From an uncultured archaeon (GTDB taxonomy: Archaea; Asgardarchaeota; Thorarchaeia; Thorarchaeales; Thorarchaeaceae), in NCBI GenBank assembly GCA_964354495.1, contig CAYHAA010000002.1, positions 90,001-122,000 on the forward strand: a DNA stretch of 32,000 nucleotides, written 5' to 3'. A program made the translations under genes and the position numbers. Each line of letters starts with the position of its first letter. Position 1 is the first letter of the stretch. The notes under the pieces were generated by a model. The model searched no databases. It was not told the origin of the DNA and worked only from the letters and a program-made list of their open reading frames with translations. Of this stretch, positions 9,074 to 17,704 are shown piece by piece.

Positions 9074-9433
9074 CTATTCTCCCAACATCGAAACCATCAA
9101 TCGGTAAAACCTGAGCATCGAGAGTGGGTGTCTTAGCAGACCACGAGTTTTGATTGTCCGCCCGAGAACAGCTCTTATCATTGAGGTTTCACCCCTAAAG
9201 AGACCAATGATTGTATTGAACTTCATAGAGAGTACGATAGTCGGGTCATCAATATAATCAGCCACAATCTCAATCTGGTCACTGAAGACTATTGAGATGG
9301 GGTAGTAGTCAGTGTCCAAAACAACCGACATCCTCCAGCTTCCCACCTTGCGTCGCACCGATTCATTTTCTAACTGGCGATTTAGGAGCTTTCCGAGAAG
9401 GTTGCCAATGAAATCACTTGGCTCATGGAGCAT
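9074..9433 (-). CDS. SCP2 sterol/lipid-binding domain-like protein
   Basis: About 119 aa with an SCP2-like pattern (beta strands, DPTIVLSM..TII.L..G..SM..AVL...IKTRG). Start refined to ATG 9433 with GAGGT upstream. First gene of the minus-strand operon. Confidence 0.6.
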   Translation of the reverse strand: MLHEPSDFIGNLLGKLLNRQLENESVRRKVGSWRMSVVLDTDYYPISIVFSDQIEIVADYIDDPTIVLSMKFNTIIGLFRGETSMIRAVLGRTIKTRGLLRHPLSMLRFYRLMVSMLGE

Positions 9434-9580
9434 TGGAATCGACCTCAACTCGGAGTGACCACAAACCACCTCTTGAAGTTGCTCATTCTCTAGAGTCCAG
9501 AATAGCAGCTACGAGAGTGTATCAGTGGTTCTAGAGCATTCTTGAAGAGAGCTCGTCAAAAGCACGATACCCGCAAGTGG

Positions 9581-9586
9581 TATAAA
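9581..9586 (+). promoter_or_regulatory. Possible TATA box (TATAAA) for the histidine kinase gene
   Basis: 30-35 nt upstream of in-frame ATG 9616. Confidence 0.35.
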
Positions 9587-9594
9587 GAGATACT

Positions 9595-11865
9595 ATGGGA
9601 TGTATCGTGAGAACAATGCTAGGGCGCAGTTCCAATTCGCCACTAAGGCTTTCAAGATTGTTGACAATCATAGTAGGCGCACTACTTGCCACATGCCTTG
9701 GATTCTTCCTGCTTCTCAATACCTGGAGCTCTTCACAGACAATCATTGCATATGATTCTATGCTCGCGTTTCTGGCTATCACTTGCTCAGCAGCTATCCT
9801 TGTTCAATATCGAGTACGAGAACATGCGGAACAGACAGTCTTCCATGCCGCCCTTTTTTTTGCCGCAATAATAAGCATGGGACGAGCAATCATGGCCATC
9901 TACGAAAACAACCCGCTATATGAATACAGCAGGATTCATCTCTTGATTGATCTAGTCTTCCTTGCGATTTTCTCGTCGCTTGTATTCATTGGAATGGTCA
10001 TGAAGAAGAGGGGCTGGTTGGAGAACAGAAGACAGAGTTCCGTGATACTCATAGTTTCAGCAGTTCTGACTCACATTTTTCTATCTTCTGTCATCATTCC
10101 AGAGCTTTCTGAAGACAGCTTCATCATTATGGGGACAATACTGGGGATTTATAGCGGAATTGTCTTGCCCATGTGTGGGTTCATGTGGTCCGCGACTCCC
10201 GGAGGCTCCACTACATACGAAGCCAACCTGCTCGTTGGGGGTTTTGCTATCTATGGCCTTTCGTTTATTCCTTTTATCGTGACATTATACTTTCCATCTA
10301 ATGCGTGGACTATATCGTACATACTCTGGTCCATGGGCCTGGTCATAATGGGGCTAGCACCCTCTGTTGCTTTTCAGGTCCGGATAGGTATGAAATCATC
10401 TCGCGCCTATCTGTTACCGTTAGCCCTTTCTCTTCTGGTCATCATACCAACAGGTACTACCTTAACCGTTGAAACGTACGTGCCAATTCCGCCAACGGCA
10501 AACGTTGCCCTGTTCATTGCGCTCCATCTTGGAGCATCACTAATTGCCCTCTCAATGGCATTCTTGCTGAACCTCTACAATACTCACCGACCAGCTCCGA
10601 GGAGACGTCCTGTAATTTTGCTCTTTATCATATGGGCGACAGTCGAATCATATCAGGTGATCAAGGCGGCCCTTATTCATCCCGATGCACTAGAACTCTC
10701 CATAATCCCATATCTTGTCGGTTCAATTCTTTTGCTCGTGCAGCTGCCAAATGCCATCAAATGGACAACCAGCACACCGGAAGTGCAACGAGCTATTTCA
10801 AGAAGGGATGTCCTTACCGTGCCGGGCGTTTTCGCAGCCATCCTGTTCTCAGAATACACTCAGATTCTCATGTATGGCTCTGGAAGTTACTGGGGATTTC
10901 AACCACTTTGTCGGACATTACTGTTAGCGACAACTCTGCTGAATATGTTCGCCTTTTTCTACTACACATCAGTTCAGATACAGGATGGAAAAGGAAGAAT
11001 CACTGTAGACTTGTTGGCCACAGGCTTCCTTGCACTGTGGATCGTCCCTTCGGTGATCAAAGCCAATTTCCAAGAATGGACACTAGGCTGGTGGTCATCG
11101 GAGCTCATTCTGCTATTAGCTATCTTGATGGGGCCATCCTTTCTTGGACTGATGTATCTCAAAGAGATGAGCCGCGCAGAGGCATCTCAGAAACGTGCAA
11201 CACTCTTCGCGGATCTCTTGGTTCATGACATATCCAATTATCATCAGGCACTCGCATTCAGCATTGGCCTGCTTGAAATGGAGGATGCGGGACCTGTAGT
11301 GAAAGAGCAGGCAATCAGAGACTCGAAGAACGAACTTCAGCGAGCGGATCATCTAATCAGGAATGTTCGTCAGTTGGGAATGGCAGATCAACTTACTCCA
11401 GACCGGCTATCCGCAGTGGATCTGATTCCAATCCTCCAAGAGGCGTTCCAACTTACATCCAGGAAGAGCCCCAGTCAGGAAGTCAGATTTAAGATCGATT
11501 ATGAGTATGAAACCTGTCCGGTCTTGGCAAACAGCCTCTTGATTGATGTCTTCCTGAACATCTTCGATAACGCAATAAAGTACTCCAAAGGTACACCTGA
11601 GATAGAGGTGGCAATTACAGAAACTGCTCTGAATCACGAGCCATGGTGGAGCATTCGTGTAAGCGACCATGGGGAGGGTATCGACCCCGAACGAAGAACT
11701 AGAATGTTCGAGCGATACATGAAGGATGCATCAGGAACAGGGTTGGGAATGAGCGTGGCAGGGACAATCATACATGCATTCGGAGGTTCAATCAAAGTGG
11801 AAGAACGGGTCCCCGGCAACTATCATGAGGGCACAGTCTTTACTATACTTGTAAGAAGAGCCTAG
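9595..11865 (+). CDS. Membrane-bound sensor histidine kinase with about 16 TM segments (start 9595 or 9616)
   Basis: H-box LLVHDISN, N-box FLNIFDNAIKYS, G1 DHGEGID, F-box MFERY, G2 GTGLGM. About 520-aa hydrophobic N-terminal region. Confidence 0.93.
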   Translation: MGCIVRTMLGRSSNSPLRLSRLLTIIVGALLATCLGFFLLLNTWSSSQTIIAYDSMLAFLAITCSAAILVQYRVREHAEQTVFHAALFFAAIISMGRAIMAIYENNPLYEYSRIHLLIDLVFLAIFSSLVFIGMVMKKRGWLENRRQSSVILIVSAVLTHIFLSSVIIPELSEDSFIIMGTILGIYSGIVLPMCGFMWSATPGGSTTYEANLLVGGFAIYGLSFIPFIVTLYFPSNAWTISYILWSMGLVIMGLAPSVAFQVRIGMKSSRAYLLPLALSLLVIIPTGTTLTVETYVPIPPTANVALFIALHLGASLIALSMAFLLNLYNTHRPAPRRRPVILLFIIWATVESYQVIKAALIHPDALELSIIPYLVGSILLLVQLPNAIKWTTSTPEVQRAISRRDVLTVPGVFAAILFSEYTQILMYGSGSYWGFQPLCRTLLLATTLLNMFAFFYYTSVQIQDGKGRITVDLLATGFLALWIVPSVIKANFQEWTLGWWSSELILLLAILMGPSFLGLMYLKEMSRAEASQKRATLFADLLVHDISNYHQALAFSIGLLEMEDAGPVVKEQAIRDSKNELQRADHLIRNVRQLGMADQLTPDRLSAVDLIPILQEAFQLTSRKSPSQEVRFKIDYEYETCPVLANSLLIDVFLNIFDNAIKYSKGTPEIEVAITETALNHEPWWSIRVSDHGEGIDPERRTRMFERYMKDASGTGLGMSVAGTIIHAFGGSIKVEERVPGNYHEGTVFTILVRRA

Positions 11866-11882
11866 CATCTACTTCTTGGTCA

Positions 11883-11888
11883 TTTTTT
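11883..11888 (+). terminator. Possible oligo-T archaeal terminator after the histidine kinase
   Basis: T6 run 17 nt after the stop codon, in a convergent intergenic gap. Confidence 0.3.
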
Positions 11889-11941
11889 GTCACACCCTTG
11901 CGGGATATTGTCTGATGCGTGTCTACGTTGATGGGTGGATA

Positions 11942-14900
11942 CTAGTCGCGTTTTGGAAGCAATGAACCTAGCAGCCTTCGTATGACTTCGAGAGTCGCCA
12001 TATCGGGTGGGTCGACAAATAAACAGGATGTCATAACGCGCTCCTTCCCAGGCATGATTGCTGAGAACTCATCGACTGCATTCAGAATCACCATATCGCC
12101 CAAGCAGACTGAGAGCATATTAACTTCAGTTCCATTGACCATGTAACAGAGACCTTTTGTCTTCTTTCTGTTCTTCTCGGGTGCTATCCATATGAGATTG
12201 TCAGAAGGCGATACAGCCATGGGAACGTGTCCTCCTCGAATATCATACATTCTTCCAGACCATTTTGCATGTACTCTTCCACCTGATAGCTCTTTGTCAA
12301 CTTTGGGGTCGATGAGAATCGATGGGAAGAAGCGAACAGGCGCAGTTGTGCGATTGAGAATCTGCCACTCGATTACGACAATGGGACAAGCAGGAGCTGT
12401 CAAGTACCTCAAGTTAAATTGAATCCCTCTTGTAATCTGTTGGATTTTTCCCTTCCAGCTAATCTCTACTCCTGACCAAATTCCGCGACTGTAGTTCTTT
12501 GCTGACATCTTCTCACTATTTGTACGGGCCTTTCCCAAAGACTCGCCCATTTCGTCATCAAAGACGACAGGTTGCACTCCGCCATGATAGTTGTCAAAGA
12601 ATGCCCCAGGGCGTGGAGTTGCCTTCGGGAAGGAACTTGTCAGAAACTCGACACCTCTCTTATTCTTCAATGAGAACAGACAGCCGCCGTAGTCTTTAGA
12701 AACTGCAAACTCAATGCATGCATTTCGCACTCGGTGAACAATGCATCCCTGTTCTTCTGTTTTTGACACTTCAACGGATTTGCCAGAGCTTCCAAGTTGG
12801 ACCATGGATATCGGGTCTGAAGTATCGTACTCCATTCTTAGATTGCATTGTCCATTATAAACCCCAAATTCATCCTTGATTCTAGGACCCGGAGTGAGGA
12901 CCAAATCGAGTGATGAATCCTCAGCGAAGTTGATTTCTGTCTTGAGTCCATCCAGTTCATGAGAATGGGACTTCAAGACAGCTCTCCATCCTCTTGGCGG
13001 CGTCACTTCGAGAACACCCCCATGGGGCGTGTGCAATGGGCTGTGGATGTGTACCTTTGTATGTGCTTCACCGACATGTGGAAGTATAACAGGATCAGTT
13101 GAGATTGTTAGTAGATGTTGGGCAGTTTGCTTCTTTGAAGCTGACAGTCTCTCTTCATAGTAGTGTGCGACTCGGGACCTCCAAAGTCGCTGAATATCTC
13201 TCCAGCTTCGCTTGCCAAAGACCAACCATGAATCAGTAATCTTGCGCTTTTCTTGAGGTTCAAGAGTCACGACAGGAAATCCGAGCGCACTCAACTGACC
13301 TAGAATGATGTGTATCTCTTCTACTTTATCCAGACACCACATCTGAGCCTGCACAGAGTCCTCGTTTTCTACGGCAATCCATCCTTCACTATATGCTTTG
13401 GGTTCACTGGGAATAGCTGGAAAGGAAAAGAGGGTGTTGCCTAGGGGTTCACTAACAACGCCAGACGAGAATGGCACATAAACTTGACCTGCCGCAAAAC
13501 TGACTCCTCCACCTCTGCCCACTAGACGACCTTGAAATGTCTGGCTCTCACTACTCGAATTCTCTACCCATTGCTCGTGTTTTATGACTCCTGTGCCGAA
13601 CTCGAATATTGCCCTATCTTCCACAATGAGGGGCTTGTCTAGGTGTCTGGCCTGCATAGAAACAACCATTGCAGAATCCGAAGGACTCACAGTCAATTTA
13701 CGTTCTGCAAATCGAAAAGGACTGAGACCAAATGGTGGACCTATCTGAGAACTCTGTGTTATGCTTTGAGATGTTTCTGAATTCACGTCTTGCACTGTGA
13801 GAATAGCTCCTTCTCTGGCAAATCGTGCAGTATAATGCGGTGAAACAATCACTGCCTCGAGTCTGCGATCATCCTCGCCCACTGCAACGTCCTTCTTTCC
13901 GAGGCAGAAGATCGGGATACGAAAATCTCGAGTTGCTACCTTGATGTCTTTCTCAATATCGAGGGTCAGAGTCAACCAGATATCGTGGGTTCCATCCGCA
14001 AGGTCTGCGGATGAGGATACTTCAAGCATAGTGCCTCCTTGTCCCTTTGCTTTCAGCATGACCTCATCAGGCATCACTTTGATTTGCACGGAACTGGAAC
14101 TGCTTCGTGCGTCAATATGAGCCAGTGACTCCTGGTTCAGATTGCTGATGACTGTAATAGGAATTGTACTACTGCCGCCTGCAGCTATACGGCACTCTCC
14201 CCAGCGCGTCATAATCTCAGCAGGAGATTGCACTTTCAATCCTGTATGCAACATTGAAACCTCGCCATTCATCTCGATTTCTGCGGAAATGGATGGAGCC
14301 TTAATGTTGTCCCTAAAGAGAGGCGCCGAGGAAGTCAAATGAAACGGCACATTCCATACTGATTTTTCGCCGGGTTCGATGACTGCTCTTCTACTTGCAT
14401 CTGCATCGAACTGCAAACCGGAAAACTCTCTCAGATTGATGCGCGTCGTCAACTGCTTACCGGAGATGTTGTCGATCTCAAGAGAATAGACATAGGGCAG
14501 ACCGCAGACAACCTCCTGGGAGTCTACGAGAGCTGCAATACTAATCTTCTCGCCATTCGATGTGCGTTCTATAGCACTGATGCCTCGAGCGTATCTGTCC
14601 ACTGTAACAGAAAGAGCCGAATCGCCCATTCGGAACTCATACGGGTAGATGGCCATTCCATGCTTTTTGAAATCATCCGGAGCCTGGGTTGGATTTCTAA
14701 TATGCACGTCGTACCATTCGTGAACTCCGTGAAGTAGATCGAAGAAGGGAGCGCAAAGCGGGTGCTTGAGAATTCCAGGAATATAGTCATACATGCTCAG
14801 GCCCTGACCTTCTGGATCCCACATCATACCAACTTTCTTGTACAGAGGAACTGCACGTATATTGCCTGGCCACGTGTTGAGATCCACACGCGTGTAGCCA

Positions 14901-15247
14901 CCTGCAGATGCTATTCGGATTGACTCTAGGAGGAGTTGTTTGCCGACCTTCTTGCTGAGGGCTTCGGGAGACACTCCAAGTGTACCAACATAGGCAGCTT
15001 CGTCATCTCTCCAATGACGATGGACGGTGCATGAGCCCACGGGCTTGTTGGTTTTCTTGTCAATTGCAACTAAGAGAGCAAGTGCACTGATCTTACCGTA
15101 TTGTTTCTTGACACGATCAGCAGTATAGGGAACTCCCTGAGTGAAACCTCCCGGCCATAGGTCGTCCCAGGTGTTCCACATGTGCGCTATGGCTTCGGCT
15201 AAAGACTCATCATACTTCCGTATTTCTATCTGCATCGTATCGGACAT
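11942..15247 (-). CDS. Large (1101 aa) protein with an N-terminal GNAT acetyltransferase domain and a beta-rich C-terminal region
   Basis: GNAT motifs YVGTLGVSPEALSKKVGKQLL and NIRAVPLYKKVG in the first ~150 aa. The remainder shows alternating beta-strand patterns. Confidence 0.85.
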   Translation of the reverse strand: MSDTMQIEIRKYDESLAEAIAHMWNTWDDLWPGGFTQGVPYTADRVKKQYGKISALALLVAIDKKTNKPVGSCTVHRHWRDDEAAYVGTLGVSPEALSKKVGKQLLLESIRIASAGGYTRVDLNTWPGNIRAVPLYKKVGMMWDPEGQGLSMYDYIPGILKHPLCAPFFDLLHGVHEWYDVHIRNPTQAPDDFKKHGMAIYPYEFRMGDSALSVTVDRYARGISAIERTSNGEKISIAALVDSQEVVCGLPYVYSLEIDNISGKQLTTRINLREFSGLQFDADASRRAVIEPGEKSVWNVPFHLTSSAPLFRDNIKAPSISAEIEMNGEVSMLHTGLKVQSPAEIMTRWGECRIAAGGSSTIPITVISNLNQESLAHIDARSSSSSVQIKVMPDEVMLKAKGQGGTMLEVSSSADLADGTHDIWLTLTLDIEKDIKVATRDFRIPIFCLGKKDVAVGEDDRRLEAVIVSPHYTARFAREGAILTVQDVNSETSQSITQSSQIGPPFGLSPFRFAERKLTVSPSDSAMVVSMQARHLDKPLIVEDRAIFEFGTGVIKHEQWVENSSSESQTFQGRLVGRGGGVSFAAGQVYVPFSSGVVSEPLGNTLFSFPAIPSEPKAYSEGWIAVENEDSVQAQMWCLDKVEEIHIILGQLSALGFPVVTLEPQEKRKITDSWLVFGKRSWRDIQRLWRSRVAHYYEERLSASKKQTAQHLLTISTDPVILPHVGEAHTKVHIHSPLHTPHGGVLEVTPPRGWRAVLKSHSHELDGLKTEINFAEDSSLDLVLTPGPRIKDEFGVYNGQCNLRMEYDTSDPISMVQLGSSGKSVEVSKTEEQGCIVHRVRNACIEFAVSKDYGGCLFSLKNKRGVEFLTSSFPKATPRPGAFFDNYHGGVQPVVFDDEMGESLGKARTNSEKMSAKNYSRGIWSGVEISWKGKIQQITRGIQFNLRYLTAPACPIVVIEWQILNRTTAPVRFFPSILIDPKVDKELSGGRVHAKWSGRMYDIRGGHVPMAVSPSDNLIWIAPEKNRKKTKGLCYMVNGTEVNMLSVCLGDMVILNAVDEFSAIMPGKERVMTSCLFVDPPDMATLEVIRRLLGSLLPKRD

Positions 15248-15396
15248 GTCACATCAACCCAAGAGATGCTTGTTAAGAAGGAATACGGATTGATTAGTAT
15301 ATTCCTCGGAGCATGGAACGCCAACATGCCTAGTGCGACTTGTTTCTGCGGCTGTCTGCAGCCAAGAAGGTAGAATCACTAAACTATTCAGAACGT

Positions 15397-15876
15397 CTAT
15401 TTGTACGCTGGAGGCGGCCAGAATCCTAGAGCCTGACGCGTGGCCACAATTTCACCAATGTGGTAGGTGTTGTGTTGAGCAATGGACATGATTGCAGCAA
15501 AACGCGGAACCTTTGGCCATGCAGGAAGATCTTCCATTGATTCTATTCTGCTAGCCTGCGTATCTGCTTCGATAAGACCTTGCTCAAACTTCTGAACAAG
15601 CTTCAACCAGTCATCGGCATTCTTTGAGATGGTGTCAGATAGCCAGCTCTTCTCGTTGTTATTAGGCCAGTCGACAGCCTCGCCCCTCAGTGCTTTTAGC
15701 ATCAATTCCTGCCAATACACGATGTGATGAAGGATACTCCAACATGAATGAGTTCCCGGTTTGGGAACCCTGCGGGCTGTGTCCGCAGTCAGACCTCCAA
15801 TCGCTTTCATTGGGTCGATATGGATGTATTTTCCTCTGAGTCCTCTCTTGAGAACACCTTCCAGTATCTCGAACAT
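15397..15876 (-). CDS. DinB family protein
   Basis: SCWSILHHIVYW and QHNTYHIGEI, matching the DinB His-triad pattern. Confidence 0.85.
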   Translation of the reverse strand: MFEILEGVLKRGLRGKYIHIDPMKAIGGLTADTARRVPKPGTHSCWSILHHIVYWQELMLKALRGEAVDWPNNNEKSWLSDTISKNADDWLKLVQKFEQGLIEADTQASRIESMEDLPAWPKVPRFAAIMSIAQHNTYHIGEIVATRQALGFWPPPAYK

Positions 15877-16024
15877 GCAAATACCATGGTATAGCTTCCT
15901 GATGAACCTTGCTGATTGAGTAGTTCAAGTAGAGCGCCTGATTTCGCAGGAGATAGTCCATCCGAGAGAAACCTATAACTCATCCCATGAAATAGAAGTT
16001 CCATCATAAAACGGTTGATGAATC

Positions 16025-16435
16025 ATGAAAGAAAGCTCTAGTGGAAAAAGAATAGCCACCATGGTAGTAGGCATGATTGTCATAGTCGGTGGTTTCTTTG
16101 GAGGATTCATGCAATTCTTTTGGACGGATACCCATGATGTGGGAACGATTTTGCTCTATGTTCTAGTTGTCCCAATGATCAGTGCCCTTGTCGGTACTGG
16201 CATCATCCTCTATGGGATCCGAGACTCTCTAGGGCATTTCGGATTGGCAGGGCTGGCTGCAACTCGTCAAGTGGGAAACGTTGCGACGGAGAAATCATAC
16301 GTTCATGAACCTCCTCGGTTCTGCAAAGACTGCGGCGCAACTCTTACTGCTAAGGATGTCGAATGGGTGGGGCCACTCACTGTAAAATGTCCATACTGCG
16401 GGGCTACTCATCCAACTGAGAAACGCGAAGTCTAG
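16025..16435 (+). CDS. Two-TM membrane protein with a C-terminal zinc ribbon
   Basis: Two hydrophobic segments followed by FCKDCG...KCPYCG. Confidence 0.8.
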   Translation: MKESSSGKRIATMVVGMIVIVGGFFGGFMQFFWTDTHDVGTILLYVLVVPMISALVGTGIILYGIRDSLGHFGLAGLAATRQVGNVATEKSYVHEPPRFCKDCGATLTAKDVEWVGPLTVKCPYCGATHPTEKREV

Positions 16436-16523
16436 GCTTCTCATAATGCGCAAGCAAGGTACTGCGAGCGCAATCCACAATCTATATGAAATGAATCACA
16501 TTTCCAGAATCAGAGGTATCGAT

Positions 16524-17597
16524 ATGGATCCCAGAATCGAAGAGCATGCAAGAATACTCGTTGAATGGAGTACTGAAGTGAAACCAGGAGACATGGTCGT
16601 CATCAATGCAACACCAGATGCCCATGAACTCGTTGTCGCGCTTCACAAGGAGATTGCCAAAGCTGGCGGGAGAGTCGTCACCCTGATGAGCAGTGAGGAG
16701 GCTCTTCGAGCGTACTTTGATGGTGCTTCAGAGGAAACACTGCGCCTAGTCCCGAAACATCTCAAGGCAATAACTGAGAACTGTGATGTCTACATTGCAC
16801 TACGCTCGCCGGTGAACACGAAAGCACTGGCAAGTGTCGACCCGAAACGAGTTCTGCTAGATAATAAATCACAGCAGGAAATTCAAGACATACGTCTCGG
16901 AAAACGATGGACTCTGTCAGTTCATCCATGTCAGACATTGGCACAGCAGGCGAATATGAGCCTCGAGGAGTATCGTAACTTTGTTTATGGAGCGACACTT
17001 GTCAACTGGGCAGAAGAGAGCAAGATGATGTATGTAATGAAAGAGCACCTTGAGAAGCACAATGATATCAGATACATCGGGCCGAAGACTGACCTCTTCG
17101 CCTCCACTGAAGGAAGAATCTGGGTAGCGAGCATCGGAAAGCACAACATGCCCAGCGGCGAGGTGTTTACTGCTCCGGTCGAGGATAGCGTCGAGGGAAA
17201 GATCTACTTTGATATTCCTTTCCTCCAACAGGGCAAGGTGATAGAGGGAGTCAAGCTTTCCTTTGTGGAGGGTCAGGTCACGGACTTCTCGGCCGAAAAA
17301 GAAGAAGCCACGCTCAAGCAAATCATAGAGACTGATGAAGGTTCCCGCAGACTGGGTGAGATGGCAATTGGTACAAACCGGGGAATCAAACAGTATACGC
17401 TTAACATGCTGTTTGATGAAAAGATCGGGGATACAGTTCATTGCGCTCTGGGAAGGGCTTACGAAGAATGCAAGGGCATAAACAAGTCCGCCGTTCATGT
17501 GGATATGATTAAGTCAATGCATAAAGGCGAGATTTATGCCGGCGATGAACTGATCTACAGCAAGGGCAAGTACTTCTACGAAAAAGCAAACAAGTGA
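16524..17597 (+). CDS. Aminopeptidase, M29 (thermophilic metalloprotease / AmpS-like) family
   Basis: NMPSGEVFTAP, LGEMAIG, LFDEKIGDTVHCALG..Y and SAVHVDM. Start refined to ATG 16524 (MDPRIEEHARILVEWS) with AGAGGT upstream. Confidence 0.93.
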   Translation: MDPRIEEHARILVEWSTEVKPGDMVVINATPDAHELVVALHKEIAKAGGRVVTLMSSEEALRAYFDGASEETLRLVPKHLKAITENCDVYIALRSPVNTKALASVDPKRVLLDNKSQQEIQDIRLGKRWTLSVHPCQTLAQQANMSLEEYRNFVYGATLVNWAEESKMMYVMKEHLEKHNDIRYIGPKTDLFASTEGRIWVASIGKHNMPSGEVFTAPVEDSVEGKIYFDIPFLQQGKVIEGVKLSFVEGQVTDFSAEKEEATLKQIIETDEGSRRLGEMAIGTNRGIKQYTLNMLFDEKIGDTVHCALGRAYEECKGINKSAVHVDMIKSMHKGEIYAGDELIYSKGKYFYEKANK

Positions 17598-17704
17598 ACT
17601 GAGAAACTCATGGCCCTGCCTTCGAAGTAGTTCACAGCGGCGTTGCCCGGTCAGCTCTAGTGTGGCTTGTCCACCATGGACCAAGGCGATGAAAGAATAC
17701 TCGA

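Noticed and set aside
10632-11228. 198-aa alternative-frame ORF inside the kinase
   Set aside because: Same-strand overlap with a strongly supported gene and atypical composition.
15350-15363. GGCTG-TCTG-CAGCC mini hairpin
   Set aside because: A 5-bp stem is expected by chance, and there is no U-tract.
16917-17498. 193-aa antisense ORF
   Set aside because: Shadow of the M29 aminopeptidase.
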